The notes under the pieces are model-generated. The model was not told where the DNA came from, searched no databases, and saw only the letters and a list, made by a program, of their open reading frames with translations. DNA of 64,000 nucleotides. Source: an uncultured Collinsella sp. (GTDB lineage: Bacteria > Actinomycetota > Coriobacteriia > Coriobacteriales > Coriobacteriaceae). Positions 21,244 through 31,106 of this stretch are shown here, piece by piece. Every line of letters starts with the position of its first letter. Position 1 is the stretch's first letter. The stretch lies in NCBI GenBank assembly GCA_902470345.1, contig CABRGB010000004.1:628-64627 (forward strand), read 5' to 3'. The position numbers and the translations under genes were made by a program.

Positions 21244-21585
21244 ATGGATTACATCCGCGCAATCGAGCGTCAGCAGATCCGCGAGGACATCCCGCAGGTC
21301 CGCGTTGCCGACAACGTCAAGGTTCACTACCGCATTAAGGAAGGCGACCGCGAGCGCATCCAGGTTTTCCAGGGTGACGTCATCCGCATGGCCGGCGCCG
21401 GTGCCCGTGAGACCTTCACTGTCCGCAAGATTTCCTTCGGTGTCGGTGTTGAGCGTACCTTCCCGCTTCACAGCCCCAAGATCGCCAAGCTCGAGGTCGT
21501 CCGTCATGGTCGCGTCCGTCGCGCCAAGCTGTACTACCTCCGCGACAAGGTGGGCAAGGCTGCTCGCATCCCCGAGAAGCGCTAA
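21244..21585 (+). CDS. rplS: 50S ribosomal protein bL19
   Basis: [43 protein letters not shown]. Confidence 0.98.
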   Translation: MDYIRAIERQQIREDIPQVRVADNVKVHYRIKEGDRERIQVFQGDVIRMAGAGARETFTVRKISFGVGVERTFPLHSPKIAKLEVVRHGRVRRAKLYYLRDKVGKAARIPEKR

Positions 21586-21619
21586 GAAGATCGCAGCGTC
21601 TGTCCACTCGTTTGGACAA

Positions 21620-21649
21620 AAGGGTCACCTTCGGGTGGCCCTTCTTTTT
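21620..21649 (+). terminator. Intrinsic terminator after rplS
   Basis: AAGGGTCACC-TTCG-GGTGGCCCTT then CTTTTT. Confidence 0.8.
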
Positions 21650-21678
21650 ATCTGATTTGCATGCAAGGAGGCCCCGAT

Positions 21679-22467
21679 ATGGCCAACATGACGAGCTCGG
21701 TTTCGGCATCGCAGGTTGCCGGCGAGCTGGCGAGCGCCACGTTTGAGGAGATCCCCGCCCTCGTGGAGCATTATCGTGAGGATCCGCGCCAGCAAGTGAT
21801 CAAGGCTTGCGAGCGTGCCCTTAAGCGCCATGCCAAGGAACTTGCCGAGCGCGAGCGCGTCAACGGCATGTACGAGCTGATGCACGAGCTCGGTGGGGAT
21901 GGCGTGGTCGTGGGCGTGGACGAGGTGGGTCGCGGCTCGGTGGCCGGTCCCTTGACGGTGTGCGCCGTGTGCCTTCCCATGGAGCCGCGCGTCTGGGGCA
22001 TCAACGATTCCAAAAAGCTCACGCCGGCGCGCCGCGAGCTGCTTTCTGTGAAGATTGCCGAGGTCGCGACGGCGATTGGTTTTTGCCATATCGCGCCCGC
22101 GGATATCGATGATATGGGCATGGCCCGCGCCATCCGCGCTGCCGTCGCGGGCGCCGTGGCCGATACGGGGCTTGAGCCCGATTGCGTGCTTATGGACGGT
22201 AACCCCTTGGGCGCCGTTCCCAACGAGCGCGATGTGGTAAAGGGCGATGCCAAAATCGCCTGTATCGCCGCGGCGTCCATCATGGCCAAGGTCACGCGTG
22301 ACGAGATGATGGTCGAGTACGACGCCGAGTACCCCGAGTATCATTTGGCCGAGTCGAAGGGCTACGCAAGCCCCGAGCACATCGAGGCGATTCGCAAACA
22401 TGGACTTTGTCCGCTGCATCGTGTGAGCTTTTGCGGAAACTTTCTGCAGACTGAGCGCCTTTTCTAG
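21679..22467 (+). CDS. rnhB: Ribonuclease HII
   Basis: GVDEVGRG, INDSKKL, VKGDAK..CIAAASIMAKVTRD, KGY, HRVSF. Confidence 0.95.
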   Translation: MANMTSSVSASQVAGELASATFEEIPALVEHYREDPRQQVIKACERALKRHAKELAERERVNGMYELMHELGGDGVVVGVDEVGRGSVAGPLTVCAVCLPMEPRVWGINDSKKLTPARRELLSVKIAEVATAIGFCHIAPADIDDMGMARAIRAAVAGAVADTGLEPDCVLMDGNPLGAVPNERDVVKGDAKIACIAAASIMAKVTRDEMMVEYDAEYPEYHLAESKGYASPEHIEAIRKHGLCPLHRVSFCGNFLQTERLF

Positions 22468-22565
22468 GTCAATTGTGGAGACAAGGACCTCTGGCGTTTT
22501 ATAAACTTGCTGGTAGCGGGCCGTGTGCAACGTGATTGTTGCGTACGGCCCGTTTTTTGTCGGCA

Positions 22566-22585
22566 TTTGGTCAGCTTTTGGTTTG
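22566..22585 (+). promoter_or_regulatory. Candidate regulatory box upstream of yraN-comM-dprA (copy 1)
   Basis: TTTGGTCAGCTTTTGGTTTG; 19/20 identical to 51643-51662 upstream of comEA. Confidence 0.6.
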
Positions 22586-22656
22586 TTTCCGGTACTTACC
22601 CGCATGAAAGGTGCCCTCATCATCGGGGCAATGCAGTGTGCGGGAAAGGAGACCCC

Positions 22657-23142
22657 ATGTGTGCCGCAAGCAAAAAGAGCAAGACGCAGCAACTCAAGGA
22701 GCGCTGGGAAGACGGCGAGCTCGACTGCGGGGCGATGACGTCCGAGTTTATCAAGGGGCTCAGCCCCCGCGAGCTCGGCATGCTGGGCGAGCTGATCACG
22801 ATCGATTACTTTAACGAGCGTGGATACACGTTGTTGGAGCAGGGCTATCGTTGCATTGAGGGCGAAGCCGATCTGGTGCTGCTCGACGAGCTCGACGATG
22901 TCGTGGTGATGGCCGAGGTCAAGACGAGACGCGTTGCCCTGGATTGCACCACGCGGGTCTTTCCCGAGGAGGCCGTGGACGCCCAAAAGCAGCGTCGGTA
23001 TCGCCGTATCGCAAGTTGCTATCTCATGGAGCACTATCCGCTCAGGTCGATTCGCTTCGATGCCGTGGGCGTCACCATCCGCGGCGGGCATATCGCCGAG
23101 ATTGAGCACCAGTACAATGCGTTCGATTGGCAGGTGTCGTGA
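22657..23142 (+). CDS. yraN: YraN family (UPF0102) nuclease-fold protein
   Basis: LGMLGE, GEADLV, AEVKTR, EAVDAQKQRR, IRFDAV; RBS AAGGAG before ATG 22657. Confidence 0.88.
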   Translation: MCAASKKSKTQQLKERWEDGELDCGAMTSEFIKGLSPRELGMLGELITIDYFNERGYTLLEQGYRCIEGEADLVLLDELDDVVVMAEVKTRRVALDCTTRVFPEEAVDAQKQRRYRRIASCYLMEHYPLRSIRFDAVGVTIRGGHIAEIEHQYNAFDWQVS

Positions 23143-24665
23143 TGGCGTTTGAGACGTTTGCCGTACACGCGGCCTGCATCCGCGGCGTCGAGGCAATTCC
23201 CGTCACTGTCGAGGTCTCGCTTGCCGGTGGCGTTCCGGGCATCCAGATGCTCGGCATCCCGAGTATGGAGGTGATGGAGTCGCGCGGGCGTATCAGGTGC
23301 GCCATGCGCTCGGCCGGCTTCGAGATCCCTCGATCAGGCATTACCGTCAACCTGGCACCCGGCGATATCCGTAAAACTGGCAGCGGTTTTGACCTGCCGA
23401 TTGCCATCGCGGTTCTGGCGGCCGATGGGCAGATTCCCCGCGACAACCTCGATCGCTGCCTTATCGCAGGTGAGCTTGGTCTGGACGGCACGGTGTTGCC
23501 CGTCAAGGGCGAGGTGGCGTTTCAGCTGTTGGCGCGCGATATGGGACTTTCGTTTATCGCCGGTAGGTCCGATCAACATGTCCCGCTTGCGGGCGTTGAC
23601 TGCGGGTTTATCGACCACCTATCTCAGCTTGCCCATGGCATGGGGGATGCCGCACGGCATTACCTGGATTCTGAAGTGCTCGAGGCGACCTTTGAGCCCG
23701 AGCTCGATTATGCCGATGTGCTGGGACAGGAGGTCGCCAAACGTGGCATGGCGCTTGCGGCCGCCGGCGAGCTCGGCTTGCTCATGATCGGCTCGCCCGG
23801 TTCGGGCAAGACCATGCTTGCGCGGCGCATGACGGGCATTTTGCCCGAGCTTTCCGTCGAGGACCAGCAGGAGGCGCTGTGCATCCATTCGGTTTTGGGT
23901 GAAAACATCGATGGCCTGCTTGCGGGGCATCGCCCTTTCCGCAGCCCGCATCACAGTATTTCAACCGCGGGGCTCATCGGCGGCGGACGTCCGGTGCATC
24001 CGGGCGAAATTAGCCTGGCTCATGGCGGTGTGCTCTTTTTGGACGAGCTCGCCGAGTTTCCCACCGGCGTGCTGCAGACGCTGCGTCAGCCCATTGAACG
24101 CGGTTACGTGAAGATCGTGCGCGTTGACGGGGCCTTTACGTTCCCCTCGCGCTTTCAGCTGCTGGCCGCGAGCAATCCCTGCCCCTGCGGCTTTTTGGGC
24201 GATCGCGAAGTGCCGTGTCGCTGCTCGGCGGCGATGGTCGAGCGTTACCGGGGCAAGTTGCGCGGTCCTTTGGCTGATCGTATCGACATGATGATCGACG
24301 TGACCCGCCCCGATCCCCAGGTAATCATTGAGGGCGCGGAGGGTATGTCATCGGCCGAGCTGCGCGATTACGTCGTGCGTGGGCGCGCCTTTCGCGCCTG
24401 GCGTGAATCCCGTATGGACGATGCAGACACCGAGGCCGATGAAGATGAGTCGCGGTCCATTGACGGTGTCGTTTCGACCTTTGGGCTTGATGAGGCTGCC
24501 GAGAAATGCGTACTCGGCCTGTCGAGACGCACGCATCTTACGGGTCGCGGCATCGTGCGCCTGGTGCGCATCGCACGCACGATCGCCGATGTTGCCGAAA
24601 GCGAACGGGTGTCGCAGGATCACGTGCTCGAGGCGGCGATGTACCAGGGAAGGAGGGACCAATAA
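23142..24665 (+). CDS. comM: YifB/ComM family Mg-chelatase-like AAA+ ATPase (transformation branch-migration helicase family)
   Basis: ITVNLAPGDIRKTGSGFDLPIA, GSPGSGKTML, PFRSPHH, PGEISLAHGGVLFLDE, NPCPCG. Confidence 0.92.
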   Translation: MAFETFAVHAACIRGVEAIPVTVEVSLAGGVPGIQMLGIPSMEVMESRGRIRCAMRSAGFEIPRSGITVNLAPGDIRKTGSGFDLPIAIAVLAADGQIPRDNLDRCLIAGELGLDGTVLPVKGEVAFQLLARDMGLSFIAGRSDQHVPLAGVDCGFIDHLSQLAHGMGDAARHYLDSEVLEATFEPELDYADVLGQEVAKRGMALAAAGELGLLMIGSPGSGKTMLARRMTGILPELSVEDQQEALCIHSVLGENIDGLLAGHRPFRSPHHSISTAGLIGGGRPVHPGEISLAHGGVLFLDELAEFPTGVLQTLRQPIERGYVKIVRVDGAFTFPSRFQLLAASNPCPCGFLGDREVPCRCSAAMVERYRGKLRGPLADRIDMMIDVTRPDPQVIIEGAEGMSSAELRDYVVRGRAFRAWRESRMDDADTEADEDESRSIDGVVSTFGLDEAAEKCVLGLSRRTHLTGRGIVRLVRIARTIADVAESERVSQDHVLEAAMYQGRRDQ

Positions 24666-25597
24666 TGGGCGAGGAGACCTTCGAGCTGCATCCAGGTGAT
24701 GCATTGTATCCCGAGACCGTTTTGGAGCTCCTGGATGTGCCCCAGACCTTATATGTGCGTGGCGACCCCGCCGTGTTATCGACGCCCGCGCTCTCCATCA
24801 TCGGCGCGCGCAAGGCCTCGCCGTACGGTCTTGCCGTGGCAGAACTTGCGGCCAGGGTGGCGGTTGAGGCGGGGGTGACGGTGGTCTCGGGCGGTGCGGT
24901 CGGCTGCGACCAGGCGTCGGGTTGGGCTGCGGTCAACGCCGGGGGCAAACACATCGTGGTGCTGGGGACCGGCGCCGATGTTGTCTATCCGCGCTCGAGC
25001 GCCGGCCTCATCACGCGCACGCTCGATACGGGCGGCGCGGTCGTTTCTATTTCGCCGTGGGGTATGGGACCGCGTAAGTTCGCCTTTCCGCGGCGTAATC
25101 GCGTAATCGCTGCCTTGTCGCAGGCGCTCTTTATTTCTGAGGCGGGCATGCCCTCGGGTACGTTCTCCACGGCGGAGGCCGCTATGGACCTGGGACGAGA
25201 GCTCCTTGCGGTGCCGGGCTCTATCCTTTCGCCCGAGTCGCGCGGGACCAACTACCTCATCGCTAACGGAGCCTGCTGCATCATCGACGAGGAATCTATC
25301 GAGATGGCCATCTCGCGCATCTACGGCACGCTGCGCTACTCGCGCCCCGATGCACCTGGCATCGCCGATCTGGACCCCACGCAGCAGGCCGTGATGCACG
25401 CGCTTATCGCTTCGCCGCTCAAGGTCGACGATATTGCCGCGCTCGTCTCGCTTGATGCTGTCGGCGTGCTCAAGCTCTTGGGCTCGCTCGAGCTCGAGGG
25501 ACTTATCGAGCGCATGATGGATGGAAGGTATGCGCCCTCAAAGTTTGCGCTTCACGCCCAGACGCCCTTCGGTCACAATGGAAAGCGTGTCAATTAG
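24665..25597 (+). CDS. dprA: DNA-processing protein DprA
   Basis: IIGARKASPYG, VVSGGAVGCD, VLGTG, FPRRNRVIAALS, GRELLAVPG, GTNYLI, C-terminal wHTH; start ATG 24665. Confidence 0.93.
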   Translation: MGEETFELHPGDALYPETVLELLDVPQTLYVRGDPAVLSTPALSIIGARKASPYGLAVAELAARVAVEAGVTVVSGGAVGCDQASGWAAVNAGGKHIVVLGTGADVVYPRSSAGLITRTLDTGGAVVSISPWGMGPRKFAFPRRNRVIAALSQALFISEAGMPSGTFSTAEAAMDLGRELLAVPGSILSPESRGTNYLIANGACCIIDEESIEMAISRIYGTLRYSRPDAPGIADLDPTQQAVMHALIASPLKVDDIAALVSLDAVGVLKLLGSLELEGLIERMMDGRYAPSKFALHAQTPFGHNGKRVN

Positions 25598-25605
25598 AAA
25601 GGTGT

Positions 25606-26949
25606 TTGCAGATGCAGTTCGATCAGGTGACGGTTATCGGTGGAGGTCTGGCGGGTTCGGAATGTGCGATCCAGCTGGCAGATCGCGGGTTTGCCGTAAA
25701 GCTGTGCGAGATGCGCCCCCAGGTGAGCTCTCCGGCCCACCATACCGACCACCTGGCCGAGCTCGTCTGCTCAAATTCGTTTAAGTCAACCCGTCCGGAT
25801 TCCGCTGCTGGCCTACTAAAGGCTGAGCTCGAGCGCATGGGTTCGGTACTGCTCGATTGCGCCCATCGTGCGGCCGTTCCCGCTGGCGGTGCCCTGGCGG
25901 TCGACCGCGTTAAGTTTTCCGAGCTTGTCGAGGCCGAGGTTGCCGCCCGGCCCAATATCGAGGTCGTGCACGGCGAGGTCACGCAGATTCCCGAGGGCCA
26001 CGTGGTCATTGCCGCAGGGCCCTTGTGCTCGCCGGCGCTGAGCGAAGAGGTCATGAAGCTCGTCGGTGGCGACGCCTTGGCGTTCTTTGACGCTGCCGCG
26101 CCAATCGTCGATGCCTCCACGCTCGATATGGACGTGCTGTTCTCGCAGTCGCGCTATGAGGAGCAGGGGAGCGGCGACTATCTCAACGCTCCGCTCAACA
26201 AGGAGGAGTACGAGGCCTTTATCGAGGCACTCACAACCGCCGACCGCGTGGTGCTCAAGGACTTTGAGGGTGGCGACCTGTTCCAGGCCTGTCAGCCTGC
26301 CGAGGAAGTCGCCCGCACTGGCAAGGATGCTATCCGATTTGGCGCCATGAAGCCAGTCGGCCTCACCGACCCGCGAACCGGACGTCGTCCCTGGGCGGCG
26401 ATTCAGCTGCGTGCCGAGAACAAGGAAAAGACCGCCTATAACCTGGTGGGCTTCCAGACCAACCTGACCTTTGGCGAACAAAAGCGTGTCTTCCATATGG
26501 TTCCCGGTCTGGAGAATGCCGAGTTCTTCCGTTATGGCGTCATGCACCGCAATACTTTTGTCGATGCGCCGCACGTTCTTGACGGCACCTTTGCCGTGCC
26601 CGGTACGAGCGTGCGCCTTGCCGGTCAGATCACCGGCACCGAGGGATACATGGAAGCGGTGGCGACCGGTCTGCTCGCTGCACTCAATACCTATGCCGAG
26701 GCAATCGAGGCGGAGCCTGTTGAGTTACCGCGAGTGGGCGCCCTGGGTGCGCTCGTGGGCTATGCGACCGATCCGGCAACCGTGGGCTACCAGCCCATGC
26801 ATGTCAATTTTGGCCTGGTGCCGCCGCTCGAGGACGGCAAGCGCCGCAGTAAACGCGACCGCTACCAGGCTTATGCGGATCGCGCGCTCGAGGCCCTCGA
26901 TGCCTACTTGGCCACGCGTTCCGACTTGTTTGGGGGCGACCGGTCATAG
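25606..26949 (+). CDS. trmFO: Folate/FAD-dependent tRNA m5U54 methyltransferase TrmFO (Gid)
   Basis: VIGGGLAGSE, AELVCSNS, FFDAAAP, FGAMKPVGL, VGFQTNL, RYGVMHRNTF, GQITGTEGY. Confidence 0.95.
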   Translation: MQMQFDQVTVIGGGLAGSECAIQLADRGFAVKLCEMRPQVSSPAHHTDHLAELVCSNSFKSTRPDSAAGLLKAELERMGSVLLDCAHRAAVPAGGALAVDRVKFSELVEAEVAARPNIEVVHGEVTQIPEGHVVIAAGPLCSPALSEEVMKLVGGDALAFFDAAAPIVDASTLDMDVLFSQSRYEEQGSGDYLNAPLNKEEYEAFIEALTTADRVVLKDFEGGDLFQACQPAEEVARTGKDAIRFGAMKPVGLTDPRTGRRPWAAIQLRAENKEKTAYNLVGFQTNLTFGEQKRVFHMVPGLENAEFFRYGVMHRNTFVDAPHVLDGTFAVPGTSVRLAGQITGTEGYMEAVATGLLAALNTYAEAIEAEPVELPRVGALGALVGYATDPATVGYQPMHVNFGLVPPLEDGKRRSKRDRYQAYADRALEALDAYLATRSDLFGGDRS

Positions 26950-27866
26950 CCTTTGACCTGTACGATACCGTCGACTCGTTTATCGCCTACATCGCACGTG
27001 TCGAGGGGCTCTCTCCCAATACGGTGACTGCCTATGGATCGCGGTTGGAGCGCTTTGCTGCCTGGTGCGAGCGTACGGGTGTCGATGCGCGTACGGCCGA
27101 TGTGCGTACCGTCCGCGCGTATTTGGCCGAGTTTTCGCGCGAGCAGGTGGCGCCTCGCACCATTGCCGCGCATTTGTCGGCTATTCGGTCGCTCTATCGT
27201 TGGATGGCTGCCGAGGGGATTGTCGAGGGCGATGCGGTCTCGGCGATCGCGTCGCCCAAGCTGCCGCGCGACCTGCCCGGTGTGCTGACGACCCAACAGG
27301 TCGAGGCGCTGCTCAAGACGCCTGATACTTCGACGCCCGTGGGACTGCGCGATGCGGCGATGCTCGAGCTGCTCTATGCCTCGGGTGCCCGCATCTCGGA
27401 GCTTGCCGCGCTTAACGTGGAATCCATCGCTTGGTCGGAGCGCGTGGTTCGCCTTTGGGGCAAGGGGAGCAAGGAGCGCATCGTTCCTCTGTATCGTCGC
27501 GCACTTGAGGCGACGCGCACCTATGTCGAGGAGGGGAGACCGGTGCTGCTCGCCCAGGCAAAGCACCGCGACGCCGCAGCCGGTCTGCATCCGCTGTTTA
27601 TTTCTGCGCGCGGTAATCGCATGAGTGCCGCTATGCTCAGGCGACAGTTCCATATGCTGGCGACGTGCGCCGGCATTCCGGCCGACATCGCGCCTCATGC
27701 GATGCGTCATACGTTTGCGACCGATCTGCTTGAGGGCGGCGCGGATCTGCGTTCGGTTCAAGAGCTGCTGGGGCATGCGAGCCTGTCCACGACGCAGATC
27801 TACACGCATCTTACGCCCGATCGGCTTAAGCGCGCCGTGACCCAGGCCCATCCCCGGGGCGAGTAG
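26946..27866 (+). CDS. xerC: Tyrosine recombinase XerC/XerD family
   Basis: RDAAMLELLYASGARISE, GKGSKER, PHAMRHTFATDLL, QELLGH, TTQIYTH; homology-like frame extends upstream of ORF-track start 27024 to about 26946; start uncertain. Confidence 0.85.
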   Translation: MAFDLYDTVDSFIAYIARVEGLSPNTVTAYGSRLERFAAWCERTGVDARTADVRTVRAYLAEFSREQVAPRTIAAHLSAIRSLYRWMAAEGIVEGDAVSAIASPKLPRDLPGVLTTQQVEALLKTPDTSTPVGLRDAAMLELLYASGARISELAALNVESIAWSERVVRLWGKGSKERIVPLYRRALEATRTYVEEGRPVLLAQAKHRDAAAGLHPLFISARGNRMSAAMLRRQFHMLATCAGIPADIAPHAMRHTFATDLLEGGADLRSVQELLGHASLSTTQIYTHLTPDRLKRAVTQAHPRGE

Positions 27867-27912
27867 GCTGGGCGGCTCGCGTTGCGCTTAGGTGTGTGGT
27901 TTTGATTGCGGG

Positions 27913-27941
27913 TTGGCAGGAAGAGGTAATCCTGCTATCAT
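27913..27941 (+). promoter_or_regulatory. rpsB-tsf promoter
   Basis: TTGGCA (27913-27918), 17 bp spacer, TG-c-TATCAT. Confidence 0.6.
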
Positions 27942-27969
27942 TCATCGGGTTGCTTCACGGCAACAGGTT

Positions 27970-28075
27970 TTTATCACGCACGCGCGGCTACTTCATACCG
28001 TGGTGCCCGGGCTTTGGTAGCACATGTCCGGGTTGGTTTTGGAGGATGACCCCGCGCGGAGGCAAACCACAGGAG
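27970..28075 (+). promoter_or_regulatory. Probable S2 (rpsB) autoregulatory leader RNA
   Basis: Long 5' UTR with CACGCGCGG...CCGCGCGGAG pairing and an internal GGTGC, as in rpsB leaders. Confidence 0.5.
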
Positions 28076-28082
28076 GTTTAAC

Positions 28083-28811
28083 ATGGCTACCAAGATTAAT
28101 ATCCGCACCCTGCTCGAGGCCGGCTGCCACTTCGGTCACCAGACCCGTCGCTGGAACCCCAAGATGAAGCCGTTCATCTTCGGTGAGCGCAACGGCATCT
28201 ACATCCTCGACCTCAAGCAGACCATCCTCGACGCCGACCAGGCCTACACCTTCGTCAAGAACGTCGCCAAGGGTGGCAACGTGCTGTTCGTCGGCACCAA
28301 GAAGCAGGCTCAGGAGGCCGTCAAGAACGCCGCTGAGCGCGCCAACATGCCTTACATCAACCAGCGTTGGCTCGGCGGTATGCTGACCAACTTCGTCACC
28401 ATCCGCTCCCGCATCAACCGCATGGAGGAGCTCGAGGCCATGGTCGAGGACGGCCGCATGGCAGTGCTCCCCAAGAAGGAGCAGGCTGTTCTGGGCAAGG
28501 AGCTCACCAAGCTCCAGACCAACCTCGGTGGCGCCCGCGACATGAAGGGTCTGCCCCAGGCTCTCTTCGTTATCGACACCAAGCGCGAGGAGAACGCTAT
28601 CAAGGAGGCCCAGCGCCTGAACATCCCCGTCGTCGCTCTGATCGACACCAACTCCGATCCCGACGAGGTCGAGTACGGCATCCCCTGCAACGATGACGCT
28701 ATCTCCGCTGTCACCCTTATGTGCGAGCTCATGGCTGACGCCTGCCTCGCTGGCTCCGGCAAGGAGCAGGTCTCCGAGGCCGAGATGGCCGCTGAGCCCA
28801 AGGCCGAGTAA
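28083..28811 (+). CDS. rpsB: 30S ribosomal protein uS2
   Basis: [38 protein letters not shown]. Confidence 0.98.
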   Translation: MATKINIRTLLEAGCHFGHQTRRWNPKMKPFIFGERNGIYILDLKQTILDADQAYTFVKNVAKGGNVLFVGTKKQAQEAVKNAAERANMPYINQRWLGGMLTNFVTIRSRINRMEELEAMVEDGRMAVLPKKEQAVLGKELTKLQTNLGGARDMKGLPQALFVIDTKREENAIKEAQRLNIPVVALIDTNSDPDEVEYGIPCNDDAISAVTLMCELMADACLAGSGKEQVSEAEMAAEPKAE

Positions 28812-28856
28812 ATCAGTCTTAGTTAATTCTTTTTCATCTCTTTGAAAGGAACCACA

Positions 28857-29726
28857 ATGGCCCAGATTACCGCCGCTATGGTCAAGCAGCTCCGCGAGAT
28901 GACCGACTCCCCGATGATGGAGTGCAAGAAGGCTCTCGTCGAGGCTGACGGCGACATGGACGCCGCTGTCGACGTTCTGCGCAAGAACGGCCTCGCCAAG
29001 GCTGCCAAGAAGGCTGGTCGTGAGACCAACGAGGGCGCTGTCGCCGCGTTCGTCTCCGAGGACGGCAAGACCGGCGCTCTGCTCGAGCTCTCCTGCGAGA
29101 CCGACTTCGTCGGCTCCAACGCCAAGTTCACTGGCTTTGCTTCCAAGGTCGCTGAGGTTGTCGCTACCACCGAGCCTGCTGACGTCGACGCTCTGCTCGA
29201 GAAGCCGATGGGCGAGGAGACCGTTTCCTCCGAGCTCACCGAGATGATTCACATCATGGGCGAGAACATGAAGATCTCCCGTTTCGCCGCCCGCAAGGCT
29301 GAGAACGGCGCTCTCGCTTCTTACATCCACATGGGTGGTAAGATCGGCGTTCTCGTCGAGTTCGCTTTCGAGAAGGCCGAGACCGCTCAGGCTGAGTCCT
29401 TCAAGACCTTTGCTCACGACGTTGCCCTTCAGGTTGCCGCCGTCGCCCCGATCTGCGCTACCCGCGATCAGGTTCCGGCTGAGACCGTCGAGCACGAGAA
29501 GCAGATCTACATGGCTCAGGCTGCCGAGTCCGGCAAGCCCGAGGCTATCCAGGAGAAGATGGCTGTTGGCCGTCTGGAGAAGTTCTACAAGCAGTCCGTG
29601 CTCACCGAGCAGGAGTTCATCAAGGACAGCTCCCTCACCATCAAGAAGTACGCTGAGCAGGTCTCCAAGGAGCTCGGCGACACCATTACCGTCGTTGCCT
29701 TTGACCGCCTGGTCCGTGGCGAGTAA
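28857..29726 (+). CDS. tsf: Elongation factor Ts
   Basis: ITAAMVKQLREMT..MMECKKAL, ELSCETDFV, GENM. Confidence 0.97.
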   Translation: MAQITAAMVKQLREMTDSPMMECKKALVEADGDMDAAVDVLRKNGLAKAAKKAGRETNEGAVAAFVSEDGKTGALLELSCETDFVGSNAKFTGFASKVAEVVATTEPADVDALLEKPMGEETVSSELTEMIHIMGENMKISRFAARKAENGALASYIHMGGKIGVLVEFAFEKAETAQAESFKTFAHDVALQVAAVAPICATRDQVPAETVEHEKQIYMAQAAESGKPEAIQEKMAVGRLEKFYKQSVLTEQEFIKDSSLTIKKYAEQVSKELGDTITVVAFDRLVRGE

Positions 29727-29749
29727 ATAAGCTCTTGTAGCTGGTAATG

Positions 29750-29784
29750 AGCAGGCTGTGGGTTTTACTCACAGCCTGCTTTTT
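29750..29784 (+). terminator. Intrinsic terminator after tsf
   Basis: AGCAGGCTGTG...CACAGCCTGCT then TTTT. Confidence 0.8.
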
Positions 29785-29843
29785 CATGGCTCTCCGTTAA
29801 GCCTTTGATATTATGTTATGAGTCTAATTAAAGGAGGATCGCT

Positions 29844-30566
29844 TTGTCCGACATCCGATATAAACGCGTGCTTCTGAAGCTCTCCGGTGAAGCGCTGATG
29901 GGCGATGGCAACTACGGCATCGACCCCAAGGTTACCGATCATCTTGCCAAGCAGGTCAAGGAGCTGCTCGCCGTTGGTCATGAGGTCGGCGTCGTTGTCG
30001 GCGGCGGCAATATTTTCCGCGGCATGGCCGGCGCCGCCGGTGGTATGGACCGCGCCCAGGCCGATTACATGGGCATGCTCGCTACCGTTATGAACGCGCT
30101 TGCCCTGCAGGATGCCTTCGAGCACAACGATGTTCCCTGCCGCGTGATGAGCGCTATCCAGATGAACGAGATCTGCGAGCCCTATATTCGCCGTCGCGCC
30201 ATCAACCACCTGTCCAAGGGCAACGTCGTTATCTTTGCCGCCGGATCGGGTAATCCGTACTTTACGACTGACACCGCCGCGGCCCTTCGCGCCTGTGAGA
30301 TCGGTGCCGAGATTCTGATTAAAGCCACCAAGGTTGATGGCATCTACGACAAGGATCCCGTCAAGTGCGCTGACGCCGTCCGCTTTGACAAGATCACCTA
30401 TCACGAGGTGCTCGTTCGCGGCCTGCAGGTTATGGATTCCACGGCTACGGCTCTTTGCCAGGACAACCGTATGCCCATTTTGGTCCTCAACATCGATGGC
30501 GAGGACACCGTCAAGCGCGCGCTCGCGGGTGAGCCCGTCGGCACGCTCGTCTATCAGGAGGATTAA
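29844..30566 (+). CDS. pyrH: Uridylate kinase
   Basis: [29 protein letters not shown]. Confidence 0.97.
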   Translation: MSDIRYKRVLLKLSGEALMGDGNYGIDPKVTDHLAKQVKELLAVGHEVGVVVGGGNIFRGMAGAAGGMDRAQADYMGMLATVMNALALQDAFEHNDVPCRVMSAIQMNEICEPYIRRRAINHLSKGNVVIFAAGSGNPYFTTDTAAALRACEIGAEILIKATKVDGIYDKDPVKCADAVRFDKITYHEVLVRGLQVMDSTATALCQDNRMPILVLNIDGEDTVKRALAGEPVGTLVYQED

Positions 30567-30568
30567 GC

Positions 30569-31105
30569 ATGGCAGAGAACATCACCGCCCACATGGACAA
30601 GTCACTCGAGTCCCTCAAGCATAACTTCTCCAAGGTCCGCACTGGCCGCGCTAACGCCAACATCCTGTCCGACATCACTGTCGACTACTACGGTGTTCCC
30701 ACGCCCGTCACACAGGTTGCCGCCGTTAAGACCCCCGAGGCCCACATGCTGCTTATCGAGCCGTGGGATAAGGCGCTCATCAATGCCATCGTCAAGGCCA
30801 TCGGTGCCTCCGACCTCGGCATTACTCCCAACTCCGATGGTACTGTCGTGCGTCTGCCGTTCCCGGCTCCCACCGAGGAGCGTCGTCGCGAGCTCGTTAA
30901 GGAGTGCCGCGAGTACGCCGAGCAGGCCAAGGTCTCCATCCGCAACATCCGCCGCGACTTTAACAATAAGCTCGAGCGCGACGAGGAGCTCACCGAGGAC
31001 GATGTCCGTCGCGAGCAGGCCAAGGTCCAGAAGCATACCGACGAGTATGTCGCCAAGGTCGAGGAGCTTCTGAAGGAAAAAGAAGCCGAGGTCATGGAGA
31101 TCTAA
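30569..31105 (+). CDS. frr: Ribosome recycling factor
   Basis: VRTGRAN, PTEERRRELVK, IRNIRR. Confidence 0.97.
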   Translation: MAENITAHMDKSLESLKHNFSKVRTGRANANILSDITVDYYGVPTPVTQVAAVKTPEAHMLLIEPWDKALINAIVKAIGASDLGITPNSDGTVVRLPFPAPTEERRRELVKECREYAEQAKVSIRNIRRDFNNKLERDEELTEDDVRREQAKVQKHTDEYVAKVEELLKEKEAEVMEI

Positions 31106-31106
31106 G

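Noticed and set aside
26946..27866. Tyrosine recombinase as a prophage or island integrase
   Set aside because: Xer-type motifs and the dprA-trmFO-xerC housekeeping context; no att sites, tRNA or phage genes nearby.
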